Of a DNA stretch of 64,000 bases, positions 1 to 9,810 are shown piece by piece (the stretch's first letter is position 1; each line of letters opens with the position of its first letter). Made by a program: the position numbers and the translations under genes. The notes below the pieces were generated by a model, which was not told where the DNA came from, did no database searches, and saw only the letters and a program-made list of their open reading frames with translations. Source of the DNA: Candidatus Gottesmanbacteria bacterium RIFCSPHIGHO2_01_FULL_40_15 (GTDB lineage Bacteria; Patescibacteriota; Microgenomatia; 2-02-FULL-39-11); the NCBI GenBank assembly GCA_001779115.1, contig MFJF01000012.1, positions 33,142 through 97,141 on the forward strand. The letters are read 5' to 3'.

Positions 1-2
1 CT

Positions 3-1157
3 TTAACCGCCAATGAAGGAATACTTTACGGAATTAACGAACATGACGGAAGTTTGGTTATTTTTGACAGATTTTCACTGGAGAACGCCAACAGTGTTAT
101 ATTCGGTAAAAGCGGATCGGGAAAGAGCTTTATGGTAAAGCTGGAAGTGATGAGAACGCTTATGTTTGGAGCTGAAGTATTTGTAATAGATCCGGAGGGA
201 GAATACAAGGATTTAACCCGAGCGCTAGGAGGAGATTTGGTTGATTTTTCGTTCAACTCCCCGGTTAAAATTAATCCGTTTGATTTATCGGGAATATATG
301 AAGAGGGAGAAAATGAGCTCGGGCTTAAAATCCTGTCTCTTCACGGACTGATGAGGGTGGTCATGGGAGAAATGAGTCCGGGAGAGGACGCTTTGCTTGA
401 CCGCGCCCTGGTTCTTACCTATAAGCAGAAAGGAATTACGCCAGACCCATCAACCCAAAAAAGAGAACCGCCTTTGATTGAAGACCTTTATAAAGTACTG
501 TTAGGAATGGAAGAAGAAAATGCCAAAAGACTGGCCGAGCGGCTGGAAAAGTTTGTCAAAGGATCCCTCTCAGGAATTTTTAACCAGAAATCAAACCTAA
601 ACCTGAAAAACCCGCTGACGGTTTTTAATATCAAAGAACTGGAGGCGGAATTGCGGCCTTTAGCCATTTTCATTATTCTTGATTTTATCTGGACGAAAAT
701 AAAAAGAAGCATTAAAAAACGTTTGATGATTGTTGATGAGGCCTGGTATTTAATGAAACATCCGGATTCGGCGACATTTTTATACGGTATCGCCAAAAGG
801 GCAAGAAAATATTACCTGGGGGTGACAACCATCACGCAGGATGTTGAAGATTTCATTTCAACAGACCACGGCAAGGCAATTATTACCAATTCATCCCTGC
901 AGATTCTGCTGAAGCAATCAACAGCGGCTATTGATAAACTGGCTGAAGTGTTTTATCTTTCTTCGGGCGAAAAACATTTTCTTTTATCAGCAGGGGTAGG
1001 CGAAGGACTTTTCTTTGCCGGAGCCTCACACGCAGCTGTCCAGTTTATTGCTTCTCCACCGGAATATCAGCTGGCAACAAGCAAGCCTCAGGAAACTGCC
1101 GAAAAATCAGCATATCCTGAGGAAACACCGGTTCCGAACAGAACACCCAACATATAA
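3..1157 (+). CDS. VirB4/TraC-family secretion ATPase, C-terminal part (5'-truncated by the window edge)
   Basis: Frame is open back to the edge (LTANEGILYGINEHDGSLVIFDRF). Walker A GKSGSGKS, IDPEGEY, Walker B IVDEAW, KRARKY and TQD motifs. Confidence 0.85.
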   Translation, partial: LTANEGILYGINEHDGSLVIFDRFSLENANSVIFGKSGSGKSFMVKLEVMRTLMFGAEVFVIDPEGEYKDLTRALGGDLVDFSFNSPVKINPFDLSGIYEEGENELGLKILSLHGLMRVVMGEMSPGEDALLDRALVLTYKQKGITPDPSTQKREPPLIEDLYKVLLGMEEENAKRLAERLEKFVKGSLSGIFNQKSNLNLKNPLTVFNIKELEAELRPLAIFIILDFIWTKIKRSIKKRLMIVDEAWYLMKHPDSATFLYGIAKRARKYYLGVTTITQDVEDFISTDHGKAIITNSSLQILLKQSTAAIDKLAEVFYLSSGEKHFLLSAGVGEGLFFAGASHAAVQFIASPPEYQLATSKPQETAEKSAYPEETPVPNRTPNI

Positions 1158-1217
1158 TTACAACAATTAATTAGTACAATCCTCTTTCATACCCCTAATA
1201 AGCTATAATAAATTCAT

Positions 1218-2732
1218 ATGGCCCCAGATGCCCTGATTAAACAGCCAATACCGGATGAATTAAACGCTGAAAAGGAAAGCCAAAACCAGCAAACCGAGGC
1301 TTATGTTTCCGAAGTGCCGGAAGGGGAAATGACTACAATGTGGGCGGGGGTGCTGACATACATTGCCGCAAATCCATTAAACAAACAGGAAAGGGTTTTA
1401 GAAGCCTTAAAGCGCATTAACCGACCTAATTTTGAATATGAACTACTGAAAGTGCGTTACGGAGGAAGATTCCAGAGCCTTAAAGTGGACTTTGAATTGG
1501 TAAAAAAAGAAGTCGGAAAACAGCGGAAGTCAAAAAAAGGGCAACAACGGGGTTATGCCCAGGTCGGGATGGGGCCGTTTAAGAGATTTAAGGAAAAAAT
1601 TGATTTTGATGCGTTTGATCATAAGGAACAAGCATACCATGTGGCCGCCGCAGTTCAAAACAGAATAAACGCACAGGAACTTCGCGGGAAAATTGAAAAA
1701 ACCGCTGAAATCTATAACTTGAATCCGGAAAACAGTACCAAACTGGCTCGGGGAATTGCCGATTGGCAAAGAAAAAATCCGGGAAAACATATTGATGAAT
1801 ATTTCCAAAAGACAGGCCAACATATTCAATACACACAGCAACCCTCAAAAGACAACTTTTTTAAAAGAAGAAAAAAAGAAAAAGAAATAACCGGAGCACT
1901 TTATAGTGAATTAAACGGGGTCAGACTGGATACAATTAAAGCGAACCGGGAACAAATTATTTCAGCGCAGGCAGAAGTTAAAAAACTGCTTGAAGGACCG
2001 GTTGTATCCAGGGAAGAATTATACGCCAGAATCAAAAATACGCTTCACCCGATAGAACCAGTTTCAACACTACCTTTAAGTGAAGCGGCATTACCAGCGA
2101 CAAAAATGCCCGAAGCAGCAACAACCACCGGTGAAATACCAATTAAACAACAAGCTGATACCGGACCAAGGATACCTTTGACACTATCCGGGGGATTACC
2201 GCAACACGCAAGCCCCAGAATATCAATTCCCGCTTTAAAAGAATTGAATCTGCCGAAACTGGGGAATTTTTTAGGAAAAGCAAAAAACTTCACCAATTTG
2301 GGAGGTTCGCTTATTCAAAAAGGACTTTTTAAACTGGGCGGGAAACTAGCTTTGAAAGCCGGTCTCCAAGCAGGATTAGGAACAGCAACCGGAGGCATAT
2401 ATACAGCAGCGAGTATTATCGCCGGACTGATCGGGATTGACCTTGATAAATTTGCGCTAAAAGCGGCTTTATTTGCAGTATTTTTTCCGATAGGACTAGT
2501 ACTTATAATGTTGTTTGTTTTTATGAATTTCAAATCATTGAACAAATTCCCTTCGGGAGTTGACTTGGCTTATCCGGTTAAAGCAAAAATCAGTCCCGAA
2601 AATCAAGCGTATTCCTGGAACACTTTCGAAAAACAGATATTGGAAAAAGCCTTTGCCGACAATAAATTATGGGATAAATTTGAACGGGAAGTATTTTTAG
2701 ACGGAAAAGAATTTTTAAGCTCCAAGAAATAA
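1218..2732 (+). CDS. Hypothetical membrane protein downstream of the VirB4-like gene
   Basis: 504-aa ORF with a charged N-terminal region, Pro/Thr-rich linker, Gly/Ala-rich segment and two hydrophobic helices. TATAAT lies 8 nt before the ATG. Confidence 0.6.
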   Translation: MAPDALIKQPIPDELNAEKESQNQQTEAYVSEVPEGEMTTMWAGVLTYIAANPLNKQERVLEALKRINRPNFEYELLKVRYGGRFQSLKVDFELVKKEVGKQRKSKKGQQRGYAQVGMGPFKRFKEKIDFDAFDHKEQAYHVAAAVQNRINAQELRGKIEKTAEIYNLNPENSTKLARGIADWQRKNPGKHIDEYFQKTGQHIQYTQQPSKDNFFKRRKKEKEITGALYSELNGVRLDTIKANREQIISAQAEVKKLLEGPVVSREELYARIKNTLHPIEPVSTLPLSEAALPATKMPEAATTTGEIPIKQQADTGPRIPLTLSGGLPQHASPRISIPALKELNLPKLGNFLGKAKNFTNLGGSLIQKGLFKLGGKLALKAGLQAGLGTATGGIYTAASIIAGLIGIDLDKFALKAALFAVFFPIGLVLIMLFVFMNFKSLNKFPSGVDLAYPVKAKISPENQAYSWNTFEKQILEKAFADNKLWDKFEREVFLDGKEFLSSKK

Positions 2733-2736
2733 ACGG

Positions 2737-3846
2737 TCAGTTCTGAATGCGAACGGGCATGATTATATGGAGAAACTTGCTTTGAGCGGATTTAGGTTTA
2801 AAAACTCCCGGACTTAACGGACCCAATGATTCAAAAACGAGTTCCTTATCGGGAAAATTACTGAACAAATCAAGAAGAAAACGGAAATTGAATGAGATTT
2901 CAGTTTCGTCGCCTTCTACATCTGCCTCGACAAAATCTTCTTCACTGCCAACCTGGGGAGTAGCGGCTGATAAATTCAAACCGGCACTGCCGATTTTTAA
3001 TCTGACTATATTGGAGGTTCCCCGGGCAAAAATCGAGGTAGTTTTTACCGCTTGGTGAAAAAGATCCCGGTCAACAATTACTTTGGTTTTAAACCCGGCC
3101 GGAATAATTTTTTCGACATTGGGAAATTCACCGTCAATCAGGCGGGTGAATATCCTGGTGTTAGGGAGACTAAAAACCACCTGGTTTTTATTTTCAATAA
3201 TAGAGAGCTCCACGTCTTGTGCAGCCAGTTCGTCAGCGATCCTGATTGTTTCGGTTAAAGATTGAGCGGGTAAAATAACTTCCAGGGGCTCCATTTTTCC
3301 TGTCAGTTCAACCTGTTCTCTTGACAGACGATAACCGTCGGTTGCCGACAGGAAAAGAAAACCGTCAGAGATTGTTGTTTTGACACCGGTTAAAACGGGG
3401 CGACCTTCATCAGAAGAAGCGGCAAAAACCGTTCTCAAAACAGCGTCTTTAATTTTAGCCAGTGAAAGTTTTTTTCCGGTTTGAGGAACATCAGGAAACG
3501 GAGGAAAATCGGCCGGGACACCAATTGCCAGATGAGCTTGGGTTTTATTTGTTTTGATTTTCAGGTCTTTATCTCCGGTTTCCAATTCGATTTTATCGGT
3601 TAACAGGGAATTGATAAATTCCGTTAAAAGTTTTCCAGGAACGGCAACTTCACCTTCTCTCTCCACTTTGGCGGGAGAATTGTAGATAATTCCCAATTCC
3701 AAATTGGTAGAAAAAAATTCCAACCGGTTATTTTTAGCCTTAATAAGAATATGGGAAAGGATAGGAAGCTGCGGTTTTAAAGATAAACCTTTACCAACAA
3801 TTAACAAAGCTTTGGTTAAATTTTCTTTTAAAATTAAAACTTTCAT
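2737..3846 (-). CDS. dnaN: DNA polymerase III beta sliding clamp
   Basis: 369 aa; motifs RPVLTGV, ATDGYRL and C-terminal IIMPVR; lies downstream of dnaA. Confidence 0.97.
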   Translation of the reverse strand: MKVLILKENLTKALLIVGKGLSLKPQLPILSHILIKAKNNRLEFFSTNLELGIIYNSPAKVEREGEVAVPGKLLTEFINSLLTDKIELETGDKDLKIKTNKTQAHLAIGVPADFPPFPDVPQTGKKLSLAKIKDAVLRTVFAASSDEGRPVLTGVKTTISDGFLFLSATDGYRLSREQVELTGKMEPLEVILPAQSLTETIRIADELAAQDVELSIIENKNQVVFSLPNTRIFTRLIDGEFPNVEKIIPAGFKTKVIVDRDLFHQAVKTTSIFARGTSNIVRLKIGSAGLNLSAATPQVGSEEDFVEADVEGDETEISFNFRFLLDLFSNFPDKELVFESLGPLSPGVFKPKSAQSKFLHIIMPVRIQN

Positions 3847-4051
3847 ATTTATTACAACATCTTTATATAATTCTTAAAGTAATAGTAGTATTAGAGATGT
3901 TGACAAGTGTATAGAATCCGGCTTTTCCAGTCAAGGAAAACATAAAACAAAAAATTACGATGTGAATAAAAAGGATTGCTTTTTGGGGATAGAAATGTGG
4001 ATATCTTTTATTCATATGTGGATAAGTTGATAATCGGTTAAGTTATACAAA
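3847..4051. other. Replication origin oriC (dnaA-dnaN intergenic part)
   Basis: DnaA boxes TGTGGATAA (4017-4025, perfect), TGTGAATAA (3961-3969) and TGTGGATAT (3996-4004). Trinucleotide run TAA-TAG-TAG-TAT-TAG (3880-3894) next to an AT-rich stretch. Confidence 0.8.
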
Positions 4052-5383
4052 AAGCTCATTTTTTATCCCCATTACATCCCCGCGGAGATTGTTGTCTGTT
4101 GATAACAAATTACTTATTTTTCTTATTCCGTGAAGAATGGTAGTGTGATCACGGCCGCCTAAGAATTCACCGATATCTTTTAAATTAACTCCAGCTTCGG
4201 TTCTTAAAAGATAATACAAAATCTGACGGGGAAAAGAATAAACCTTATCTCTCTTGTCGCCTTTTAACTGAGAAATTTTCAGATTATAGAAACCGGCTAC
4301 CGCTTTTAATATTTCTTCAGGTAAGACTTTTTTTGAAGGAGGAATTTTTTTAAGTGTTTTTCCCAGAATATTTTTAATCAAATCATTATTCACAGGCAGA
4401 TTTTTGGTTTGCGATTCGCTGATTACCCTTGTCAATGTTCCTTCCAGTTTTCTGGTGTTTTCGATGTTGGCGGCAATTGTTTTGGCAGATTCCATGGACA
4501 ATTCATATCCCTTCTGTTTGGCTTTTATTAAAACTATGGCAGTTCTTAATTCGAAATCAGGATTGCCGATATCGATTGTTAAACCGCATTCAAAACGGGA
4601 GCGGAGTCTATCCTCAAGTTTATTGATTTCTTCAGGCGGTTTATCGCTGGTTATGATTATCTGTTTTTTTGCCTGGTAAACAGCGTTAAACGTATGGAAA
4701 AATTCTTCCTGTATTGAATATTTTCCGGCAATAAACTGAACATCATCAATTAACAGGAGATCGACAAGACGATATTTTTTTTTGAAGGTAACGGTTGTTT
4801 TGGTTGAGATGGCCTCAATAATTTCATTGGTGAATTCTTCTCCGGTACAATAAAGTATTTTTGTTTTTATATTTTTTTGACCGACAGCATGGCCGACCGC
4901 CTGCATTAAATGTGTTTTACCCACACCGACACCGCCATAGAGAACCAAAGGGTTATAAGCATGACCCAGATTATTAACAACTGCCGTTGCGGCGGCATAA
5001 GCCATCTGATTGGATGAGGAGACGGCAAAATTTTCAAAATTATAATCCCTGTTTAATTTAAGACCGGTACTGGGGGGCGAAAAATTATCAGGCAGCTTCA
5101 TAGTAAAGAGCGGACCGTCAATATGGTTTAAGTGTTTGTTTTTTCTGGCATTGAAAACCAGAGACACATCTTTTTTTGTATAATTTCGAAGAGTTGTTTT
5201 TATCAGATCATGATACCTTTTTTCAATAATATTAATCAGCATCGGATTATTGCAGCTAATAACCGCTTTACCGTCATCAAGAGATTCCAGACTGGTTTGG
5301 GAGATTAGAGTACGGAAGACTACTTCGCTAACCTGCAGTTCCAAATCGGCAAGAATCGTAGCCCAGAGGTGATGTTCATCCAT
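4043..5383 (-). CDS. dnaA: Chromosomal replication initiator DnaA
   Basis: YNPLVLYGGVGVGKTHL, LLIDDVQF, QEEFFHTFN, RLRSRF and GGRDHTT. Confidence 0.98.
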   Translation of the reverse strand: MDEHHLWATILADLELQVSEVVFRTLISQTSLESLDDGKAVISCNNPMLINIIEKRYHDLIKTTLRNYTKKDVSLVFNARKNKHLNHIDGPLFTMKLPDNFSPPSTGLKLNRDYNFENFAVSSSNQMAYAAATAVVNNLGHAYNPLVLYGGVGVGKTHLMQAVGHAVGQKNIKTKILYCTGEEFTNEIIEAISTKTTVTFKKKYRLVDLLLIDDVQFIAGKYSIQEEFFHTFNAVYQAKKQIIITSDKPPEEINKLEDRLRSRFECGLTIDIGNPDFELRTAIVLIKAKQKGYELSMESAKTIAANIENTRKLEGTLTRVISESQTKNLPVNNDLIKNILGKTLKKIPPSKKVLPEEILKAVAGFYNLKISQLKGDKRDKVYSFPRQILYYLLRTEAGVNLKDIGEFLGGRDHTTILHGIRKISNLLSTDNNLRGDVMGIKNELFV

Positions 5384-5556
5384 AAAGCTTCCACATAGTA
5401 AATAAAGATATCCACAACTGTCAATGTAGATAAAATGATATTATCTATAAACAATTAGACAAGTTTATAAAACTGGCGATATTTAATACAAATAAGTTTG
5501 GGAATACGGACATCACGTTATTGGCAGTTAGTGTCGGGATATGATAAGATCAGGCT
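5384..5556. promoter_or_regulatory. dnaA/rpmH divergent promoter region with DnaA boxes (possible second part of oriC)
   Basis: ATATCCACA (5408-5416) and TGTAGATAA (5425-5433). TTGGCA (5521) and TG-n-TAAGAT (5545-5550) precede rpmH. Confidence 0.55.
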
Positions 5557-5694
5557 ATGCCGAAGAGAACATACCAACCTAAAAAGAAAAAAAGATTAAG
5601 AAAACACGGATATCTCAAAAGAAATAAAAACAAAAACGGGAGAAACGTAATCAAAAGAAGACAAAGAAAAGGGAGAAAGAAACTTACCGTATAA
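5557..5694 (+). CDS. rpmH: 50S ribosomal protein L34 (missing from the ORF track)
   Basis: Hand translation [45 protein letters not shown]; canonical position between dnaA and rnpA. Confidence 0.97.
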   Translation: MPKRTYQPKKKKRLRKHGYLKRNKNKNGRNVIKRRQRKGRKKLTV

Positions 5695-5699
5695 AGCTT

Positions 5700-6032
5700 G
5701 TGCTTGCTAAACATTTCCGGATTAAACAATCCGATTTTTTCCGAAACAAATCACCGGTTAAAAAAAAATTTTCCGACCGATTTTCTTTATTGATTAAAAA
5801 AAAAGATGACAAAAAAAACGGATTTGTCATTAATGTTCCGGTGAAGCTTGACAAAAGGTCAGTATACAGAAACAGAACCAGAAGAATGATCGAACTGATT
5901 ATCAGGGAGCTGCCATTTGATTCCGGAAAAAACGCGATGATATTAATCAGAGCCAGAAAAATATTGAATAAAAACGAATTGGCGAAGGCGGCAGGAGATC
6001 TTAAAAAATTACTTCAAAATGAATTTTATTGA
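5700..6032 (+). CDS. rnpA: Ribonuclease P protein component
   Basis: [11 protein letters not shown] (RNR motif); 110 aa; synteny. Confidence 0.85.
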   Translation: MLAKHFRIKQSDFFRNKSPVKKKFSDRFSLLIKKKDDKKNGFVINVPVKLDKRSVYRNRTRRMIELIIRELPFDSGKNAMILIRARKILNKNELAKAAGDLKKLLQNEFY

Positions 6033-6249
6033 CCGGGTATTATTAAAAACTATCAGAATTTATCAAAAAGTTAACTTAATTGTTCCTAAAGGAATATTTT
6101 TGAGGGGTTGCCGGTTTGATCCGACATGTTCGGAATATACTTATCAGGCAGTGAAGAGATATGGTACAATCAAAGGATTAAATTCCGGTTTAAAAAGAGT
6201 ATTCCGCTGCCATCCGTTTTCCACAGGCGGATATGATCCGGTGAAGTAA
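6019..6249 (+). CDS. yidD: Membrane protein insertion efficiency factor
   Basis: [10 protein letters not shown] and [13 protein letters not shown]. Confidence 0.95.
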   Translation: MNFIDRVLLKTIRIYQKVNLIVPKGIFLRGCRFDPTCSEYTYQAVKRYGTIKGLNSGLKRVFRCHPFSTGGYDPVK

Positions 6250-6253
6250 GTTT

Positions 6254-7096
6254 ATGTTTAATCCGAACAACTGGTTCCATGCGTTTTTTATTATCCCCAT
6301 ATTAAACCTTTTAATGGTTTTTTATGTGGTTTTGACAAATCTTTCCATTCCCTTTGCTTTGGGATTTTCACTTATATTATTGACAGTCGCCATAAGACTG
6401 ATTTTGCATCCGTTAACAGCAAACCAATTGAAAAGTACCCAAAAACTAGGGAAATTAAAACCGGAGCTTGATAGAATCAGTAAACTATATAAGGATGATA
6501 AAACCAGGCTTCACCAGGAACAGTTAAAACTTTATCAACAGGCAGGTATTAATCCAGCGGCAGGTTGTTTGCCTTTAATTCTTCAGATGCCGATTCTTAT
6601 CGCCTTATACAATCTTTTTTTTCAACTTTTAAGTAACGGTAACGCGGTAAACGTCGTAAACGATATAAATAAGGCAGTATATTTTCCTTTTTTAAAAATT
6701 AAGTCGTTAGACTTGGCTTTTTTCGGGCTGAATTTGGCAAGTAAACCGTCCGACTGGCAGTCGAAGGGATTCTTTTTACTTCTCATTCCCGTAATTACCG
6801 GACTTTTGCAGTATTGGCAAACAAAAATGATGTCTCCGGTTCAAAACCCAAATCCGAAAATAAAAGAAATAAAAAAAGATGAGTCTGATCAAGGTAAGAA
6901 AGAAGGCGGGGAAGATATGGCGCAGGCAATGCAAAAACAGATGGGTGTAATGATGCCCCTGATGATCGGATTTTTCGCTTATTCTTTTCCTTTAGGACTG
7001 TCACTCTATTGGAACACATTTACGGCTTTTGGTATAATCCAACAATATAAAATTACTCAGACGGAAAACAAGAATGAAGAAAAAAGCAAAAAGTAA
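6254..7096 (+). CDS. yidC: YidC/Oxa1 membrane protein insertase
   Basis: GINPAAGCLPLILQMPILIALY and GLSLYW; synteny. Confidence 0.95.
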   Translation: MFNPNNWFHAFFIIPILNLLMVFYVVLTNLSIPFALGFSLILLTVAIRLILHPLTANQLKSTQKLGKLKPELDRISKLYKDDKTRLHQEQLKLYQQAGINPAAGCLPLILQMPILIALYNLFFQLLSNGNAVNVVNDINKAVYFPFLKIKSLDLAFFGLNLASKPSDWQSKGFFLLLIPVITGLLQYWQTKMMSPVQNPNPKIKEIKKDESDQGKKEGGEDMAQAMQKQMGVMMPLMIGFFAYSFPLGLSLYWNTFTAFGIIQQYKITQTENKNEEKSKK

Positions 7097-7565
7097 AAAT
7101 ATTAAAGAAGAGATTGAAGTCGTCGTCAATGAGCTTTTGGAAAAACTGCAGGTTGAAGGGAAAGTAAATGTAACGGAGGAGACAGGCGATACTGAGGGTG
7201 ATACAGCTTCCAGTTACCGGATAACAATTGAATCCGAAGAGAGCGGTCTTCTCATCGGCCACCATGGAGAAACCATCAACAGTCTCCAGCTTATTCTGGG
7301 TGTCATTCTTTATAAAAAATCTGGTAAATGGATGAGGGTGATTTTGGATGTCGGGGATTACCGGAAGATGCGGGAAGAAACGATTAAAGAAATGGTGAAC
7401 AGAATTGTTACCGAAGTTGAAGACAGCGGCAAACCGGTGGAATTGCCTTATTTATCACCGCTTGAGCGAAGAATAGTCCATATGATGCTTACGGATCATA
7501 AAAACGTCAGATCGGAATCAAGCGGAGAAGGCAAGGATAGACGGGTGACGATAAAACCCCGTTAA
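7074..7565 (+). CDS. jag: Jag/KhpB RNA-binding protein (KH + R3H domains)
   Basis: LIGHHGETINSLQ (KH) and ERRIVH (R3H); follows yidC. Confidence 0.9.
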   Translation: MKKKAKSKNIKEEIEVVVNELLEKLQVEGKVNVTEETGDTEGDTASSYRITIESEESGLLIGHHGETINSLQLILGVILYKKSGKWMRVILDVGDYRKMREETIKEMVNRIVTEVEDSGKPVELPYLSPLERRIVHMMLTDHKNVRSESSGEGKDRRVTIKPR

Positions 7566-7580
7566 TTCCCCCATTTTTTA

Positions 7581-8888
7581 ATGAAGGGGATCACAAAAAT
7601 TGAAAATCTTCAAAAAAACCTTTTTTTTCTTCTTATTTTTCTGATTCCGGTACAGTTGGGCAGGCATTTTTTTTTCAATTTTTCACAAATTGCCGGAATT
7701 CCAAGCGACTATCTGACCCCGACTATTTATCTGACTGACATCATTATTTTCTTAATGGCATTTCTTGAGGCAATAATGATATTTTTCTTTCAGTCGAAGA
7801 AACGCCGTTTCGAGAACACTAAGGGTTCATATCTTTTTTTCGGGTATTTAATTTTTTCAACTGTTTTTATCGCCGTAAATAAATGGGCGAGTTTTTATAA
7901 ACTTATTAAAATCGCCGAGTTTTTTATTTTATTTAAAATTATACGTAAATTGCGGCCGGAGACGAGGAAGGTATTATTTTTTTATTGCCTGTCGGTTTTA
8001 TATACATCATATCTGGCCATTAAACAGTTTTTAGCGGGTGAGTCTTTAGGTGGATGGTGGTGGTATCTGGGGGAGAGAACTTTTCATGCATCATCACCGG
8101 GAATTGCCTTAAGTAAAATTTCGGGAAGATTGTTTTTAAGGCCATATGCCACATTCGCCCATCCTAATGTACTTGGCGGATTTTTAGCAGCGGGATTGCC
8201 CCTTGTATTATATTACCTTCTTAATGAAGGAAAAGACAAAAGGGTCATAAAGCTTTTATCGCTATCCGGATTTATTTGGGGAGCGATTGTCCTATTTCTG
8301 ACTTACAGCCGGGCGGCCTGGTTTATGTTTTTTACAGGAATAGCCATTATTTTTGTTGTTAATTTTAACAAACGAATTACTAAATATTTTTCCAATAAAA
8401 AACTTTATTTACCGATACTTTTGTTTTTATTCCTATTATCAATATATTTTCCGATAAAATTAAGCGAGTATAAAAACTCATCGGAGGGGAGTTTATTTGA
8501 AAGAAGCGAGCTGATTTACGCTTCACTTCTGACCTTTGTTGAAAAACCGATTTTCGGGACGGGGCTGAATAATTCCTTTTTGGAGCAGTATAAAATTTTA
8601 CCAAAGAGTTACGGATTATTCATATTACAACCCGTGCATAACAGCTATATGCTGCTACTTACCGAGCTAGGTTTAACCGGTTTTGCTTTTATACTTTTAA
8701 TACTCCGGAAAATATTGGCTTTGGTTAACCGCAATAATATCATAAGTTTTTTACCGTTGATTCTTATTCTTATGCTGGGATTTTTTGACCATTATCCGGT
8801 AAGCCTTCAGCAGGGTTTGTTGATTCTGACTGTTTTTGCCGGAATGGCCTTTTCCCAATCCAATAAGCTAAATGAAGAAACATCCTGA
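7581..8888 (+). CDS. O-antigen ligase-like membrane protein
   Basis: Multiple TM helices; RPYATFAHPNVLGG, TYSRAAW, PVHNSY and ELGLTG. Confidence 0.8.
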   Translation: MKGITKIENLQKNLFFLLIFLIPVQLGRHFFFNFSQIAGIPSDYLTPTIYLTDIIIFLMAFLEAIMIFFFQSKKRRFENTKGSYLFFGYLIFSTVFIAVNKWASFYKLIKIAEFFILFKIIRKLRPETRKVLFFYCLSVLYTSYLAIKQFLAGESLGGWWWYLGERTFHASSPGIALSKISGRLFLRPYATFAHPNVLGGFLAAGLPLVLYYLLNEGKDKRVIKLLSLSGFIWGAIVLFLTYSRAAWFMFFTGIAIIFVVNFNKRITKYFSNKKLYLPILLFLFLLSIYFPIKLSEYKNSSEGSLFERSELIYASLLTFVEKPIFGTGLNNSFLEQYKILPKSYGLFILQPVHNSYMLLLTELGLTGFAFILLILRKILALVNRNNIISFLPLILILMLGFFDHYPVSLQQGLLILTVFAGMAFSQSNKLNEETS

Positions 8889-8967
8889 ACTTCTTAGGAT
8901 AAAAAGCTGTCAAAACAAATTTTTCCATTGAAGAATATTTCATGGTAATCTAATAACAGCTCCCAAA

Positions 8968-9189
8968 ATGAGAAGAATTAAAAAATTATTATTATTTTTA
9001 TTCATATTACCGGTTACCGTATTTTTTGATTTTATCCTTTTTTCATTAACCCGGAATTGTCCTTCATGCGGCAGTTTTTCACAGTGGCTGGCCAGCGAAG
9101 CTGCTTTGTCATTTCCCCTGGTTGTCTCGCTTTCCGACTTTTTAAACACAATACTTACAGATTTACAAATAGTCAGGAATAAAAAATAA
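8968..9189 (+). CDS. Small hypothetical membrane protein with CxxC
   Basis: 73 aa with two hydrophobic segments around CPSC; ends 2 nt before nadD. Confidence 0.5.
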   Translation: MRRIKKLLLFLFILPVTVFFDFILFSLTRNCPSCGSFSQWLASEAALSFPLVVSLSDFLNTILTDLQIVRNKK

Positions 9190-9191
9190 GG

Positions 9192-9752
9192 ATGAATATC
9201 GCCATTTTAGGCGGGAGATTCGACCCGCCGCATATTTGGCATTTCTGGACCGCCCAGCAGGTACTTGAAAATGTCAAAGATTTAGACCAAGTATGGTATA
9301 TGCCTGATTACCAGAATGCCTTTAAGCCGATTGAAGCAGGAGCAGGGGAAAGGCTTGAGATGTTGCAGTTTATGGAGACCGGGAAAATTAAGACTTCAAA
9401 TATGGCAATTTCCGAACCCGGAGTGACTTATACGGTAAAAACAGTGAATGAGCTGGTTAAAGACAAAAAGAACAGGTTTTTCTGGATTGTCGGGTCTGAT
9501 ATATTATCTGAATTTCATAAATGGCGCGATTACCAAAAATTGAGCCGGCTGATTACTTTTTTGGTTTTTCCCAGAAAGGATTTTCCGATAAAACACATAC
9601 CGGCAGGGTTTAGACGGATTGAGGGGCATTTAATGCTATCAAATGTATCTTCTTTTATAGTCCGGGATAGAATCAAACGCGGTTTAACAGTCAGCGGACT
9701 GGTTTTTCCGGCTGTTGAGGAATATATCAGGAAGAAAAACCTTTATAGATAA
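9192..9752 (+). CDS. nadD: Nicotinate/nicotinamide-nucleotide adenylyltransferase
   Basis: GGRFDPPHIWH, IVGSD, KW and VSSFIVR; adjacent to nadE. Confidence 0.9.
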   Translation: MNIAILGGRFDPPHIWHFWTAQQVLENVKDLDQVWYMPDYQNAFKPIEAGAGERLEMLQFMETGKIKTSNMAISEPGVTYTVKTVNELVKDKKNRFFWIVGSDILSEFHKWRDYQKLSRLITFLVFPRKDFPIKHIPAGFRRIEGHLMLSNVSSFIVRDRIKRGLTVSGLVFPAVEEYIRKKNLYR

Positions 9753-9810
9753 AAACTCAAATATCAGATGACTGATGCCCCGGCAAGCTGACAGGCAAAT
9801 CTAAAAATCC

